Positions 1 to 8,742 of a stretch of DNA of 52,402 bases are shown here, piece after piece. A model generated the notes under the pieces. It was not told the origin of the DNA. It was given only the letters and a program-made list of their open reading frames with translations, and ran no database searches. A program made the position numbers and the translations under genes. Source of the stretch: an uncultured Oscillospiraceae bacterium (GTDB taxonomy: Bacteria > Bacillota > Clostridia > Saccharofermentanales > UBA5734); assembly GCA_964479435.1 (NCBI GenBank), contig CAYZME010000003.1, positions 1-52,402 of the forward strand, written 5' to 3'. Position 1 is the first letter of the stretch. Each line of letters begins with the position of its first letter.

Positions 1-381
1 GTGATGATATCTACACATTCCCGTATTTCTGCGCATTTCTTATGAAACGCTATTTTGGGCAAAGCGATTTGTAAAGACTTGTTTTTTATATATGAGTTTA
101 GCATAAGGTCGAAGGTGCAAAGTGACAACGGCGAATATGGATATGGAATTATGCTAGCAGATGCATATCAGTGTTTTCGAGCATGATAGATGTAAAAATT
201 ATATTGACTTAGTAAATAGATAAAGCGGCTGATACGTTTTCGCCAACGAGAGCTATTTTTAGATATATTCTTTCATTGGAATTTTATCAAAAAAAGAACC
301 TCAGATTTCTGAGAAATATATTTCAGATAACCATAATGACCTCTAAACACATGTGGAGTGTGTGGTGTAGGCTCGTGCCCG

Positions 382-665
382 GATCGTACCCGTAAACTTG
401 GTGTAAATTGAAAAATGAGCCACAGGTTCACTCTCGGTATAATTAGTTCTGGAGAAATTAGCAAGCAAAAAGGAACGAACCTATGGCTCAAGTCAATCTT
501 GCAATAGGCGAAGACAACCTGAAAGACCTGCTTATGGGGAATCGGGAGAACGCAATGGCGAACTTGTTGGAGAACGTGTTCAACGTGGTGCTGCGGGCCC
601 AGGCCAGGGAGCCGCTGAACGCCGAACCCTACGAGCGAAATGAAGATCGGACGAACTACCGTTTC
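382..665 (+). mobile_element. Truncated IS256-family insertion sequence (left end plus 5' stump of transposase)
   Basis: 382-410 GATCGTACCCGTAAACTTGGTGTAAATTG resembles the IS256 left inverted repeat (GATAAAGTCCGTATAATTGTGTAAAA, recalled from memory). The transposase ORF opens ~70 nt downstream, as in IS256. Similarity ends near nt 660; there is no DDE core and no right end in the window. Confidence 0.45.
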
Positions 666-725
666 TGTAGCCTGGATTATGGCGGTATACTCTTTCGCCT
701 GGAAGGAGAATGGATTGGTATCTAG
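483..725 (+). pseudogene. IS256/mutator-family transposase, N-terminal fragment only
   Basis: The first ~58 aa (..LLENVFNVVLRAQAREPLNAEPYERNEDRTNYR) match the conserved N-terminal region of IS256-type transposases (..NQLMENQRTEYIQAKEYERTENRQSQRNGY). The remaining ~340 aa are missing and the tail of the ORF is unrelated sequence. Confidence 0.6.
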
Positions 726-947
726 TCTTCAAGGATCGGAAAACGACAGGCGCTTTACGATCTTCAAATCGGATCCGCCAAGTTCAGAAGAGAAGATATT
801 CCGTTATAGGCGCGTACGCTAATCGGACGTCCATTGGAGAAGTGTCGGGCCGAATTGCTTAAATTTATTTTTGAGCGCAAACTTACAATTAGTTGTATGC
901 GGGAGTGCGGACAGTAAGTGATAAGTGTTTAGTAATACACAAAATAA

Positions 948-956
948 GGGGGGGGG
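948..956. repeat. Homopolymeric G9 tract forming the SD region of the lipoprotein gene
   Basis: Nine consecutive G counted at 948-956, 4 nt upstream of ATG 961, in DNA that is otherwise ~35-40% GC. Confidence 0.9.
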
Positions 957-960
957 AACA

Positions 961-1839
961 ATGAAACGCATATTGGTACTGGGACTTATCATGAGCATGT
1001 TCGCCGGTATCGTACCTGGATGTAATTATGCGATGATATCGGAATCGTCTGCTTCGAGCGAAAAATCAAAAGAATATAGTTCAATTGATTACAGCTTCCC
1101 GATTCAAACAGTTTCAGGAATAAATAACTGGCACCTATCCGCAGACGATACATATATTTATCCGATAACACCTGATAAAACCCCAGAAAAATGGAAATCA
1201 TTTGATTCTCATGTTGAGAAATTAAATGCATGCCAAATCCCGAGCCACCTACTTTCTTTGATTTCGACAGCTGGATTGGTCGAGACTTGTGCGAATTATC
1301 CATTGAGTCTTGATTTGGTTTTCTATCCGGATTTAGCATCAGGGATGAAGTTCATAGAAGACAACTACAATGGGCTTCCAGAATTATATCAACGACCTGA
1401 CGCTCCATCTGAGTGTGTAAACTTTTTTATGAGCATAAACGTTAAATCTGCTAATGCTTTCTTAGATAAACCCAAATCATCCTATGAATACACAATAGCT
1501 TTTATAGAATTATTTATATCCAATCGAAATACCATTGATCGCTTAACGAATAGCGAAAAGCTAAACCTGGCGAATGCGGTACTTCGAAATCTGTCCATTC
1601 AGGACGATGGTGCACAAACGAACTACTTGCTGATCGTTCCTGCTGCACTCATTCTTGGACGCATACTGTATGAAGGATCGACGACATTCCGTGATTACGC
1701 TCGTAACGATGCGGATATCGATAGATTTATATCAGATGGTTCAACAGGAGATTTACCAACACGACTATTTGTTGAAAATGCGTATCAGATTATTGAGAAA
1801 GCAAAATTTACGCTGGTTGACTTGGAGATAGGGAAATGA
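961..1839 (+). CDS. Putative lipoprotein, function unknown
   Basis: MKRILVLGLIMSMFAGIVPGC is a signal peptide with a lipobox-like VPGC. ATG 961 follows the G-rich SD. The ORF track opens at GTG 925, but that N-terminus is not signal-like. I recognise no family. Confidence 0.7.
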   Translation: MKRILVLGLIMSMFAGIVPGCNYAMISESSASSEKSKEYSSIDYSFPIQTVSGINNWHLSADDTYIYPITPDKTPEKWKSFDSHVEKLNACQIPSHLLSLISTAGLVETCANYPLSLDLVFYPDLASGMKFIEDNYNGLPELYQRPDAPSECVNFFMSINVKSANAFLDKPKSSYEYTIAFIELFISNRNTIDRLTNSEKLNLANAVLRNLSIQDDGAQTNYLLIVPAALILGRILYEGSTTFRDYARNDADIDRFISDGSTGDLPTRLFVENAYQIIEKAKFTLVDLEIGK

Positions 1840-2055
1840 GCAAAGGCAGGAGTATCATCCCCTACCGATATGAAATATGAGAAGAGTGTCATCCGTTGAT
1901 TTAATGGAGAGTGAGTTAGGGCTGTACAGGAGGAAAAGAAGAAACGAAGCCATATTGTCTTAAGCGACGACGGGAAGCAATGGCGTAGTAAGAAGTACCG
2001 TTCGCAGAGAAAGTAAAGTTAAGATAGATAGAAAGACAGAAGGAGAGAAGTTGTC

Positions 2056-3081
2056 ATAGAGTTAGAACAGTTATATGGAAGAATTAACGACTGTATAAAA
2101 AGAATTGATTTCGAATCGCTTTGGCGTGGATTCAGGCCATTTAAGTTTGCGCTTTATAACGATACGGAATGTTTCTTCAATGGTCAATATGTTGAGAAAA
2201 GTCCTGAGTTTACAGCCAATACGTCGATATTATACAATGGAGAATATATTGCGATTTGGAACGTAAAAGAAGAGCTGGAACCTGCTGTTTTTGCTTCCAA
2301 GGTTGTGCATGAGATGTTTCACGCTTTTCAAGCGGAAAAGCATTGGACAAGCTTTCCGAATGAAATGGAGGCATTGTTTCGTTATCGGTACTGTGAAGAG
2401 AACCTGTCGCTAAAATTTGCAGAGAACAGGCTTCTTTCGGAATTGTCTGAATCGTTTAGTTGGGAAAGACTTGAGAGTCTTCTTAGAAGCAGAAAATACC
2501 GCCAGGGAGCGTTTCCTTACGAATTTTATTACGAATCCTGTGTGGAGGACATTGAGGGAAGTGCCAATTATATTGAGTGGGGTGTTTTGAAACAATTGGA
2601 TGCTCACCTTGCAGACGGTCTGCTCATAAAGATGAAAACCAACCTGGACCAACTGAGCTTTTATTTTCCCATTCGTATTTCCGGCTATTATGCAGGAGCA
2701 TTATTGCATATGGTTGCGAAGCGGGTAGGAGCAAGCTTTGACAAAGAAAAGCATTTGCCGATTGCAGAGCATTTGATTGCACAGTCTACGCCTTTGGCGT
2801 TGCCACAGGAAACGGACGGTATGTGTGATGCGGTAAAGGAATATATCAAGGAAACCGCCGAAATGATTGAAACCGCAGTACGCAAAAATAAGATTGTGCT
2901 AAATGAAAGGGTGGAGCTGGGGGCCGTGAATATTTACGACGCGCGTTGCCTAAATGGATATCTCACATCTCGTCACTTTATACAGATTAATAAAAACGGG
3001 CAGCCGGAAACAATGTATGGGAATTTTGTTGTCAAGATGGCAAGTGAAAGTTCAATAGAAAAGATTTACTCTTGGGATTAA
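2056..3081 (+). CDS. HExxH metallopeptidase-like protein (peptidase-MA-like; HEMFH ... EGSANY)
   Basis: HEMFH at 2308-2322 with a downstream EGSANY motif (gluzincin-like). The frame is open and clearly coding from the TAG at 2029-2031. The first canonical start (GTG 2305) sits inside the HExxH motif. SD AGGAGAG at 2041-2047 is followed 8 nt later by ATA 2056, so the start coordinate is uncertain. Confidence 0.6.
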   Translation: MELEQLYGRINDCIKRIDFESLWRGFRPFKFALYNDTECFFNGQYVEKSPEFTANTSILYNGEYIAIWNVKEELEPAVFASKVVHEMFHAFQAEKHWTSFPNEMEALFRYRYCEENLSLKFAENRLLSELSESFSWERLESLLRSRKYRQGAFPYEFYYESCVEDIEGSANYIEWGVLKQLDAHLADGLLIKMKTNLDQLSFYFPIRISGYYAGALLHMVAKRVGASFDKEKHLPIAEHLIAQSTPLALPQETDGMCDAVKEYIKETAEMIETAVRKNKIVLNERVELGAVNIYDARCLNGYLTSRHFIQINKNGQPETMYGNFVVKMASESSIEKIYSWD

Positions 3082-3164
3082 AAGAATGAATCGCGCGAAG
3101 ACAGGAATTAAATCATTTCCCCACCTTCGTTATGCTTCCAAACTGGGTACGCAAAAGGAAATAT

Positions 3165-4043
3165 ATGAGAATATTCGCACTAGAGTTGAACAACGATATA
3201 AAAGGGTTGGCTGAGCGCAAGCAATATATTGAGTCCCTTATTTCTGTGCTTCCGTCGCCTGATTTGGTGTTGTTGCCGGAATTGGCGTTGTGCAGTTATA
3301 TGCCAAGCCAAGCGGTATGGAAATATGCCGATAATTGCAGTGAAGATACTTCTGCCTGGGCAACAAGCATGGCGGAAAGATATCACACATATTTGGGTGT
3401 TGGATATCTTGATTTTGAAAATGGAGATTTTTTTAATCGCTACATGGTCGCGGGCAAAGAACAGGTATACGGCATCGTAACAAAAAGCGAAGGCGAATCA
3501 GCTGTGTTCAAAAGAGGCTGGTTTGATCATGTCATTGCAACGCCATTTGGAAATGTAGCTGTGGCGATTTGCTACGATGCCAGGCGCAGGCACTTCTATG
3601 AAAAGATAAAGGATGAAAGAATTGGACTGATCGTTTTCCCGTACGGAAGTCCAGCGGACCCCCGGAAGGACGCTGAGGAAAGCCGAGCCAATGATTATCT
3701 CTGCAACACGTATGCCGAAGCGTTCGGCGTCCCTGTAGTCTATATAAACAGTGTTGGGAAACTGGAGTATATGCCGGGCCTAATGGGTGCACTGATGAAA
3801 AGAGCGGGCTTTACCATGAACGGCAAATCTAAAATCTATGCAAACAGGGGCAACAGCATGGCGTGTGATATCAAGGCGGCGACAGGGCTTGAAGTGGACG
3901 TATCGGATCGTAAAAAGAAAAAAGACATATGCTTTTACGGGGACGATTTAGTGAAGGGTAATTTTTTCTTTCGGCATTTCATACTGAAGCCGGATATCGC
4001 AGCCGGAATCAGGAACTATAATAAAAATCTCAAAAAGATATAA
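3165..4043 (+). CDS. Carbon-nitrogen hydrolase (nitrilase superfamily) protein
   Basis: Glu in LLPELALCSY and Cys in VAVAICYDARR fit the nitrilase-superfamily E-K-C signature. SD AAGGA lies 6 nt before ATG 3165. Confidence 0.8.
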   Translation: MRIFALELNNDIKGLAERKQYIESLISVLPSPDLVLLPELALCSYMPSQAVWKYADNCSEDTSAWATSMAERYHTYLGVGYLDFENGDFFNRYMVAGKEQVYGIVTKSEGESAVFKRGWFDHVIATPFGNVAVAICYDARRRHFYEKIKDERIGLIVFPYGSPADPRKDAEESRANDYLCNTYAEAFGVPVVYINSVGKLEYMPGLMGALMKRAGFTMNGKSKIYANRGNSMACDIKAATGLEVDVSDRKKKKDICFYGDDLVKGNFFFRHFILKPDIAAGIRNYNKNLKKI

Positions 4044-4047
4044 TTAT

Positions 4048-5325
4048 TCAGTCTTTCAGCGCTGTAATCGGCAAAACAAATACTCCGTCTGCCCGACGGT
4101 ATGCAGCGTTGGTCAGTCCACACAGGACGCAGAGGATCGCGGGAGGCTTGCCCTTTTCATCGTTGGCGATTTCGTCGCGGATTTTAATCAGGTTTGCCGC
4201 TGCCGCATCTATTTGACCTGCGCCAAGCTTGATCTCAAAAGCGCACCACCTGCCATCGCTCAGCTCTATGACGGCGTCGATTTCACGGCCCGCGTAGTCC
4301 TGATAATGGTAGAGATTTGCGCCGAAGCTCTCCGCGTAGATCTTCAAGTCTCGTTCGCACAACGCCTCGAACAGGAAGCCAAGCGTTTCAAGGTCGCCCA
4401 GCAGTCCCTCTGGCGTTGCCTTGAGTAGTGCGCAGGCTAACGACGGGTCAACAAAATGGCGCTTTTCCGCCTGTTTGACGCGAGCAGAAGAGCGAATCTT
4501 TTCCGAGAACGGGGGTTGGTTGTCTGTAATGAACAGCCGCTTGAAAATGTCGAGATACGCTGCCACTGTGTTGGCGTCGATATCCTCGTCGTCCATGGCT
4601 TTGATGTCGCCGCGCAGCGTTCTGTTTGTCACCGTCGTACTCTCGTTTCTAGCGAGAGAGCGCAGCAGTAAACGCATTTTGGATGTGTCGCGCTTGATGC
4701 CATCGATGCGATACACATCATCGTCCACAAAAGCGTTCAGGTACTCAACAGGCAGCAAGGCCGCCTGCTTTGTGGTGAGGCCAAGGCTTCCGGGCCAGCC
4801 GCCGCGTATGATGAGATCGATGAGTCTTTTCAGGTCAACTCCGCCAGTCATTACCGGAGGAAGCTCTCCGCGGCAAAGAGATTGGAGCGAGACCGTACCG
4901 GTCGAATCGCCAGATTCGTACAGTGACATGGGACGCATCCGCAGTCTCGCAATGCGTCCGGCTCCGCTGTGTAAGATGCCTTTATGGTTAGGCGTCGCCG
5001 AGCCGGTGAGGATGAATTGCCCCTTTGCGCCGCGCTCGTCCACCCAATAACGAACGGCGTCCCAGAGCGGTGGGACTTCCTGCCATTCATCAATCAACCG
5101 CGGGGTCTCGCCCTCCAGTACAAGAGAGGGCTGAAGCTCGGCCAGTCTTCTGTTTTGAAAATTCCCGGCGGGGTCGCCGATCAGAATTGCGCTCTTGCTA
5201 TGATACAAAGATGTCCGTGTCTTGCCACACCATTTCGGGCCTTCTATACAGATCGCCCCAAACGCGGTTAAGTATTCTTCAATACGCTTGTCGATCATAC
5301 GAGAGCGATAATCGTTCTTGTACAT
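4048..5325 (-). CDS. AAA+ ATPase with C-terminal PD-(D/E)xK-like (DUF4143-type) domain
   Basis: Walker A is GPKWCGKT and Walker B is LIDEWQ. The C-terminal EIDAVIELSDGRWCAFEIKLG gives a D..ExK nuclease-like motif. The ORF opens at 5355, but ATG 5325 has SD GAGGTGAGG and a TATAAT just upstream. Confidence 0.8.
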   Translation of the reverse strand: MYKNDYRSRMIDKRIEEYLTAFGAICIEGPKWCGKTRTSLYHSKSAILIGDPAGNFQNRRLAELQPSLVLEGETPRLIDEWQEVPPLWDAVRYWVDERGAKGQFILTGSATPNHKGILHSGAGRIARLRMRPMSLYESGDSTGTVSLQSLCRGELPPVMTGGVDLKRLIDLIIRGGWPGSLGLTTKQAALLPVEYLNAFVDDDVYRIDGIKRDTSKMRLLLRSLARNESTTVTNRTLRGDIKAMDDEDIDANTVAAYLDIFKRLFITDNQPPFSEKIRSSARVKQAEKRHFVDPSLACALLKATPEGLLGDLETLGFLFEALCERDLKIYAESFGANLYHYQDYAGREIDAVIELSDGRWCAFEIKLGAGQIDAAAANLIKIRDEIANDEKGKPPAILCVLCGLTNAAYRRADGVFVLPITALKD

Positions 5326-5343
5326 GAGCCTCACCTCATGTGC

Positions 5344-5349
5344 ATTATA
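5344..5349 (-). promoter_or_regulatory. Candidate -10 box (TATAAT) for the AAA+ ATPase gene
   Basis: Perfect TATAAT on the minus strand, ~19 nt upstream of ATG 5325 with SD GAGGTGAGG between them. The -35 position is weak and falls inside repeat unit 1. Confidence 0.35.
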
Positions 5350-5352
5350 CTT

Positions 5353-5421
5353 CATTCAGCGAGATTTTGCCATTTCATTCAGTGAGATTTCGTATTTGCA
5401 TTCAGTGAGATTTTGCTTTTA
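5353..5421. repeat. Three tandem 23-bp direct repeats (CATTCAGYGAGATTTYG...)
   Basis: CATTCAG recurs at 5353, 5376 and 5399 (exact 23-bp period) with the following GAGATTT conserved. Four TACG-core motifs follow at 5420, 5436, 5450 and 5464. Confidence 0.85.
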
Positions 5422-5685
5422 CGTTCCGTGTAATTTACGCATTTTGATCTACGTTATTTCATCTACGCGTCAATTTTGCCCAAACAGAACATGAAGATCG
5501 CGCGAACCTCCGGGCGTCTCTGCGCGAAGGGAAGGATCGGCAACCGCGTGAGGGCGCAACAAAATTCTCATCGAATTGACTCGTGGAGATGACAGTCCTC
5601 AACCGCTTGTTCTTGCTGTTGAGTGCATTACGGCAACTTTTGTTAAAATAAGAGGTCAAGTTGGGCAATAAAGGGCGTGGGGCAA

Positions 5686-5875
5686 ATGAGAATGTTTACA
5701 GCACCGAAACTAAAAGCAGGTAATAAGATAGGGATATTCTGCGCGAGCCATATTTACACGGATAGATGATATGCCCGCGACCTTTGGACGCTTGAGCGGC
5801 TTGGTTTTAAGGTGAAGGTCGGAAAAAACGCGAGGCCGATCCGGTCTATTGTGGGAGCGAAGCGGCAGGAGATGG
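5686..5875 (+). pseudogene. LD-carboxypeptidase (peptidase S66, LdcA-like) N-terminal remnant with in-frame stop
   Basis: MRMFTAPKLKAGNKIGIFCAS.. then TGA at 5767-5769, then the same frame continues ..LERLGFKVKVGKNA... These match the N-terminal ~60 aa of S66 peptidases (..KPKALNKGDTVGVIAPAS...LEELGLQVKLGK). The catalytic Ser/His/Glu regions are absent. Confidence 0.5.
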
Positions 5876-5886
5876 GAGTGTTTGGC

Positions 5887-6339
5887 ATGGAAGTGGTTGA
5901 ATATTTCGCGAGTGAAAGCCAAGAGCATTGGAAAAAGCAAATTTCAGCGGCAGATTGGAAAGCGGCTGAATTTCTTATTGACTTGCTGAATCATGCGGAG
6001 AAATTTGACGAACTGCTGGGGCCCGGGGGAAAGCTGTTTTTATTGGTGGAGGGGGATAGAATCATATCCTTTGCGACGCTGACGCACCAGGACTGTATCC
6101 GTGATCTGAACATGTTTCCATGGGTGGGCTTCCTGTATACATATCCTGATTACAGAGGGAGGCGCTATAGCGAGGTTCTACTGCGACATGTAGAAGAAAA
6201 GGCGCGGACGGCAAACCATGGCCGCGTATACCTCGGCACAGATCACGTGGGGTTATATGAAAAATACGGCTATAGCTACATGGAAACCCGCAAGGATTAC
6301 TGGGGTGGCGAGACGAGGATATACTATAAAGAAGTATAA
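5887..6339 (+). CDS. GNAT family N-acetyltransferase
   Basis: VGFLYTYPDYRGRRYSEVLLRHVEEKA is an acetyl-CoA-binding R/Q-x-x-G-x-G/A-like segment, and the ~150 aa size fits. ATG 5887 is chosen; the longer ORF from 5812 is an in-frame continuation of the LdcA stump. Confidence 0.8.
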   Translation: MEVVEYFASESQEHWKKQISAADWKAAEFLIDLLNHAEKFDELLGPGGKLFLLVEGDRIISFATLTHQDCIRDLNMFPWVGFLYTYPDYRGRRYSEVLLRHVEEKARTANHGRVYLGTDHVGLYEKYGYSYMETRKDYWGGETRIYYKEV

Positions 6340-6477
6340 AACGAATCATCCGGTTCCACCCGCCTATTTTGCCTGACCGGATAAAAACACAGCAAACCGC
6401 GCCCATGTTATTTGCGCCCGGGCTCTCGTGACCCGCCGATTTGAAGTGGTTTTATCAGAACTCCAGACTGCGCTTTC

Positions 6478-8742
6478 TTACTTGTTGAGTGCCGATACAA
6501 TCTGTTCGATCACTTCAGCCGGAAAGAACCCAAACCCAGCCAGATTTTGCAGCGGCATTTGCATCATGAGCGCCTGGCGCATTTCATCCGAGCCTTCACC
6601 CATGGCAGCATTCATGTCCTCTTTCGTTATAGTTGCCTTGTTCTGCATCGCTTGAATTATGGGGGCAAGAATCTCTCGCCCCTTTGCACTTTTTAATATC
6701 TGGCCGATGCTGGAATACTGTGTAAAAGTAAATGGAAGCTCAACCGTTGAATTCACTTGTACCAGAGCAGTCAGGCGAATATCCCGGGACGACGCGCCGA
6801 TTTGCACCTCATAATTCGCTGTTTCTACGTGCCAATCATGGATCGTGCTGTTGTAATAGGCAAAGGCTCGCTTGCTTAAGCTAAAGGATACCGTCTTCTT
6901 TTCACCCGGTAACAGGGCGATCTTTTCAAAGCCCCTCAGCTCGTGCTCAGGGCGGGGGACCTCGCCAGATCGGGATTTTACGTAAAGCTGCACAACTTCT
7001 TTGCCGGCGACGGCCCCGATGTTCTTGACGTCCACGGTCACCTGCAATGTATCGACATCCTGCATGGTCACCTTGTCAAGAACAAGGTTGCTGTATTCGA
7101 ATTGCGTGTAGCTTAGACCATGTCCAAACGGGAATAAAACATCCATCCGTTTGCTGTCGTAATAACGATAGCCTACATAGATACCTTCGCGATACTCAGT
7201 GACGCCGCGGAAGCCTGGAAAATTAAGATAAGTCGGATTATCTTCCAGTTTGCAAGGGAATGTTTCTGCCAGCTTGCCACTTGGAACTGCGTCGCCAAAC
7301 AGCAATTTTACCGTTGCGTTACCTACCGCTTCGCCACCGAGCGACATCTCCAAGATGGCAGAAGCAGCGTCAACCCATGGCATAGCAACGCAAGAACCGT
7401 TGTGCAGTACAACAACAGTATTGGGTTGTACAGCACATACAGCTTGAACCAGTTGATCATGGGCAGCTGGCAGGTTGATGTGGCTGCGGTCAAAGCCTTC
7501 AGACTCGTACTTGTCCGGCAACCCAACAAAAACAACCGCAACATCGGCCTTCTTGGCGACTCCTGTTGCTTCTCGCAAAAGTAGGTTGCTGGTGGTGTCA
7601 GACACAAGATCATAACCTTTCGCGTACGTGATATTTTCCAGATCCATTGCGGCCCAGACAGCACTGTCGACACGATAAGCATTGATATGTGAGGAGCCTC
7701 CACCCTGGAAACGGGGCTTTTGGGCAAACTCGCCTATGAACGCGATCTTTGCCGATCTGTCCAAAGGAAGCAAGCCATTATTGTTCTTGAGTAGGACCGC
7801 GCATTCTGTCGCCACCTGCATTGCTTTGGCATGGTCGGTCTGATAGTCGAACTGCACGCCCTCCTGCTTATTCATCATGGCGAAGCGGATCACATCTATA
7901 ATGCGAGAAACGGCCTTGTCAAGCACTGCAACATCCAAAAATCCATCATGGACTGCCGCGATAATCGCATCCGCGTCGGCAGGATTGCCTCCTGGCATTT
8001 TCAGATCCAGACCTGCCTTGAGCCCCACGATCTGATTCTTGACCGCGCCCCAATCTGTGACAACAAACCCTTCAAAGCCCCATCGTTCGCGAAGGACACC
8101 TGTAAGCAAATCGTGGTTCTCTGATAGATAGGTGCCGTTCACTTTGTTGTAAGAGCACATCACGGTTTTCGCTTTCGCGTCCCGTATTGGCCCCTCAAAA
8201 CTGGCGAGATAGATTTCATGCAGCGTGCGCTCATCCAGTACAGAGTCGCTGAGCATGCGGTCTGTTTCCTGGTTGTTGGCCGTAAAATGTTTGACACTGC
8301 AAGCGATACCCTCCCCTTGCAGGCCGGTAATATATGCGGCACACAGCTCACTGGAGAGGTAAGGGTCCTCTGAAAAGTATTCGAAATTCCGGCCGCACAG
8401 AGGACTGCGCTTGATGTTTGCGCCCGGACCCAGCAAAATGCTCACATCCCGGGCTTGGCATTCTCTGCCCAAGGTGGCACCTACATCCTTAAGCAACGCG
8501 CGGTCGAATGAGGATGCCAGCGTGACAGCTGTTGGAAAGCATATGGATTCTTCGCTGACGTTTATTCCCAGGTGATCAGATGCCTCTAGCTGTTTACGCA
8601 GCCCATGGGGGCCGTCAGTTGCCATGAGTGAGGGGATGCCCAATCTGGGAACGCCCTGCAGATGCCAGAAATCAGCACCCGAACACAGGGCGGCTTTTTC
8701 TTCCAAGGTCATTTGTTTCATAACTAGATCTGTTTTCATCAT
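6478..8742 (-). CDS. Glycoside hydrolase family 3 beta-glucosidase-like enzyme
   Basis: MTLEEKAALCSGADFWH, GIPSLMATDGPHGLRKQ and the nucleophile motif GFVVTDWGA, plus a C-terminal FnIII-like domain. ATG 8742 is preceded by GGAGAA. There is no signal peptide. Confidence 0.9.
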   Translation of the reverse strand: MMKTDLVMKQMTLEEKAALCSGADFWHLQGVPRLGIPSLMATDGPHGLRKQLEASDHLGINVSEESICFPTAVTLASSFDRALLKDVGATLGRECQARDVSILLGPGANIKRSPLCGRNFEYFSEDPYLSSELCAAYITGLQGEGIACSVKHFTANNQETDRMLSDSVLDERTLHEIYLASFEGPIRDAKAKTVMCSYNKVNGTYLSENHDLLTGVLRERWGFEGFVVTDWGAVKNQIVGLKAGLDLKMPGGNPADADAIIAAVHDGFLDVAVLDKAVSRIIDVIRFAMMNKQEGVQFDYQTDHAKAMQVATECAVLLKNNNGLLPLDRSAKIAFIGEFAQKPRFQGGGSSHINAYRVDSAVWAAMDLENITYAKGYDLVSDTTSNLLLREATGVAKKADVAVVFVGLPDKYESEGFDRSHINLPAAHDQLVQAVCAVQPNTVVVLHNGSCVAMPWVDAASAILEMSLGGEAVGNATVKLLFGDAVPSGKLAETFPCKLEDNPTYLNFPGFRGVTEYREGIYVGYRYYDSKRMDVLFPFGHGLSYTQFEYSNLVLDKVTMQDVDTLQVTVDVKNIGAVAGKEVVQLYVKSRSGEVPRPEHELRGFEKIALLPGEKKTVSFSLSKRAFAYYNSTIHDWHVETANYEVQIGASSRDIRLTALVQVNSTVELPFTFTQYSSIGQILKSAKGREILAPIIQAMQNKATITKEDMNAAMGEGSDEMRQALMMQMPLQNLAGFGFFPAEVIEQIVSALNK

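Noticed and set aside
3-74. Open frame at the left edge (..DDIYTFPYFCAFLMKRYFGQSDL-stop), possibly the 3' end of a plus-strand gene
   Set aside because: Only 23 codons are visible, with no motif and AT-rich sequence, so it cannot be told apart from chance.
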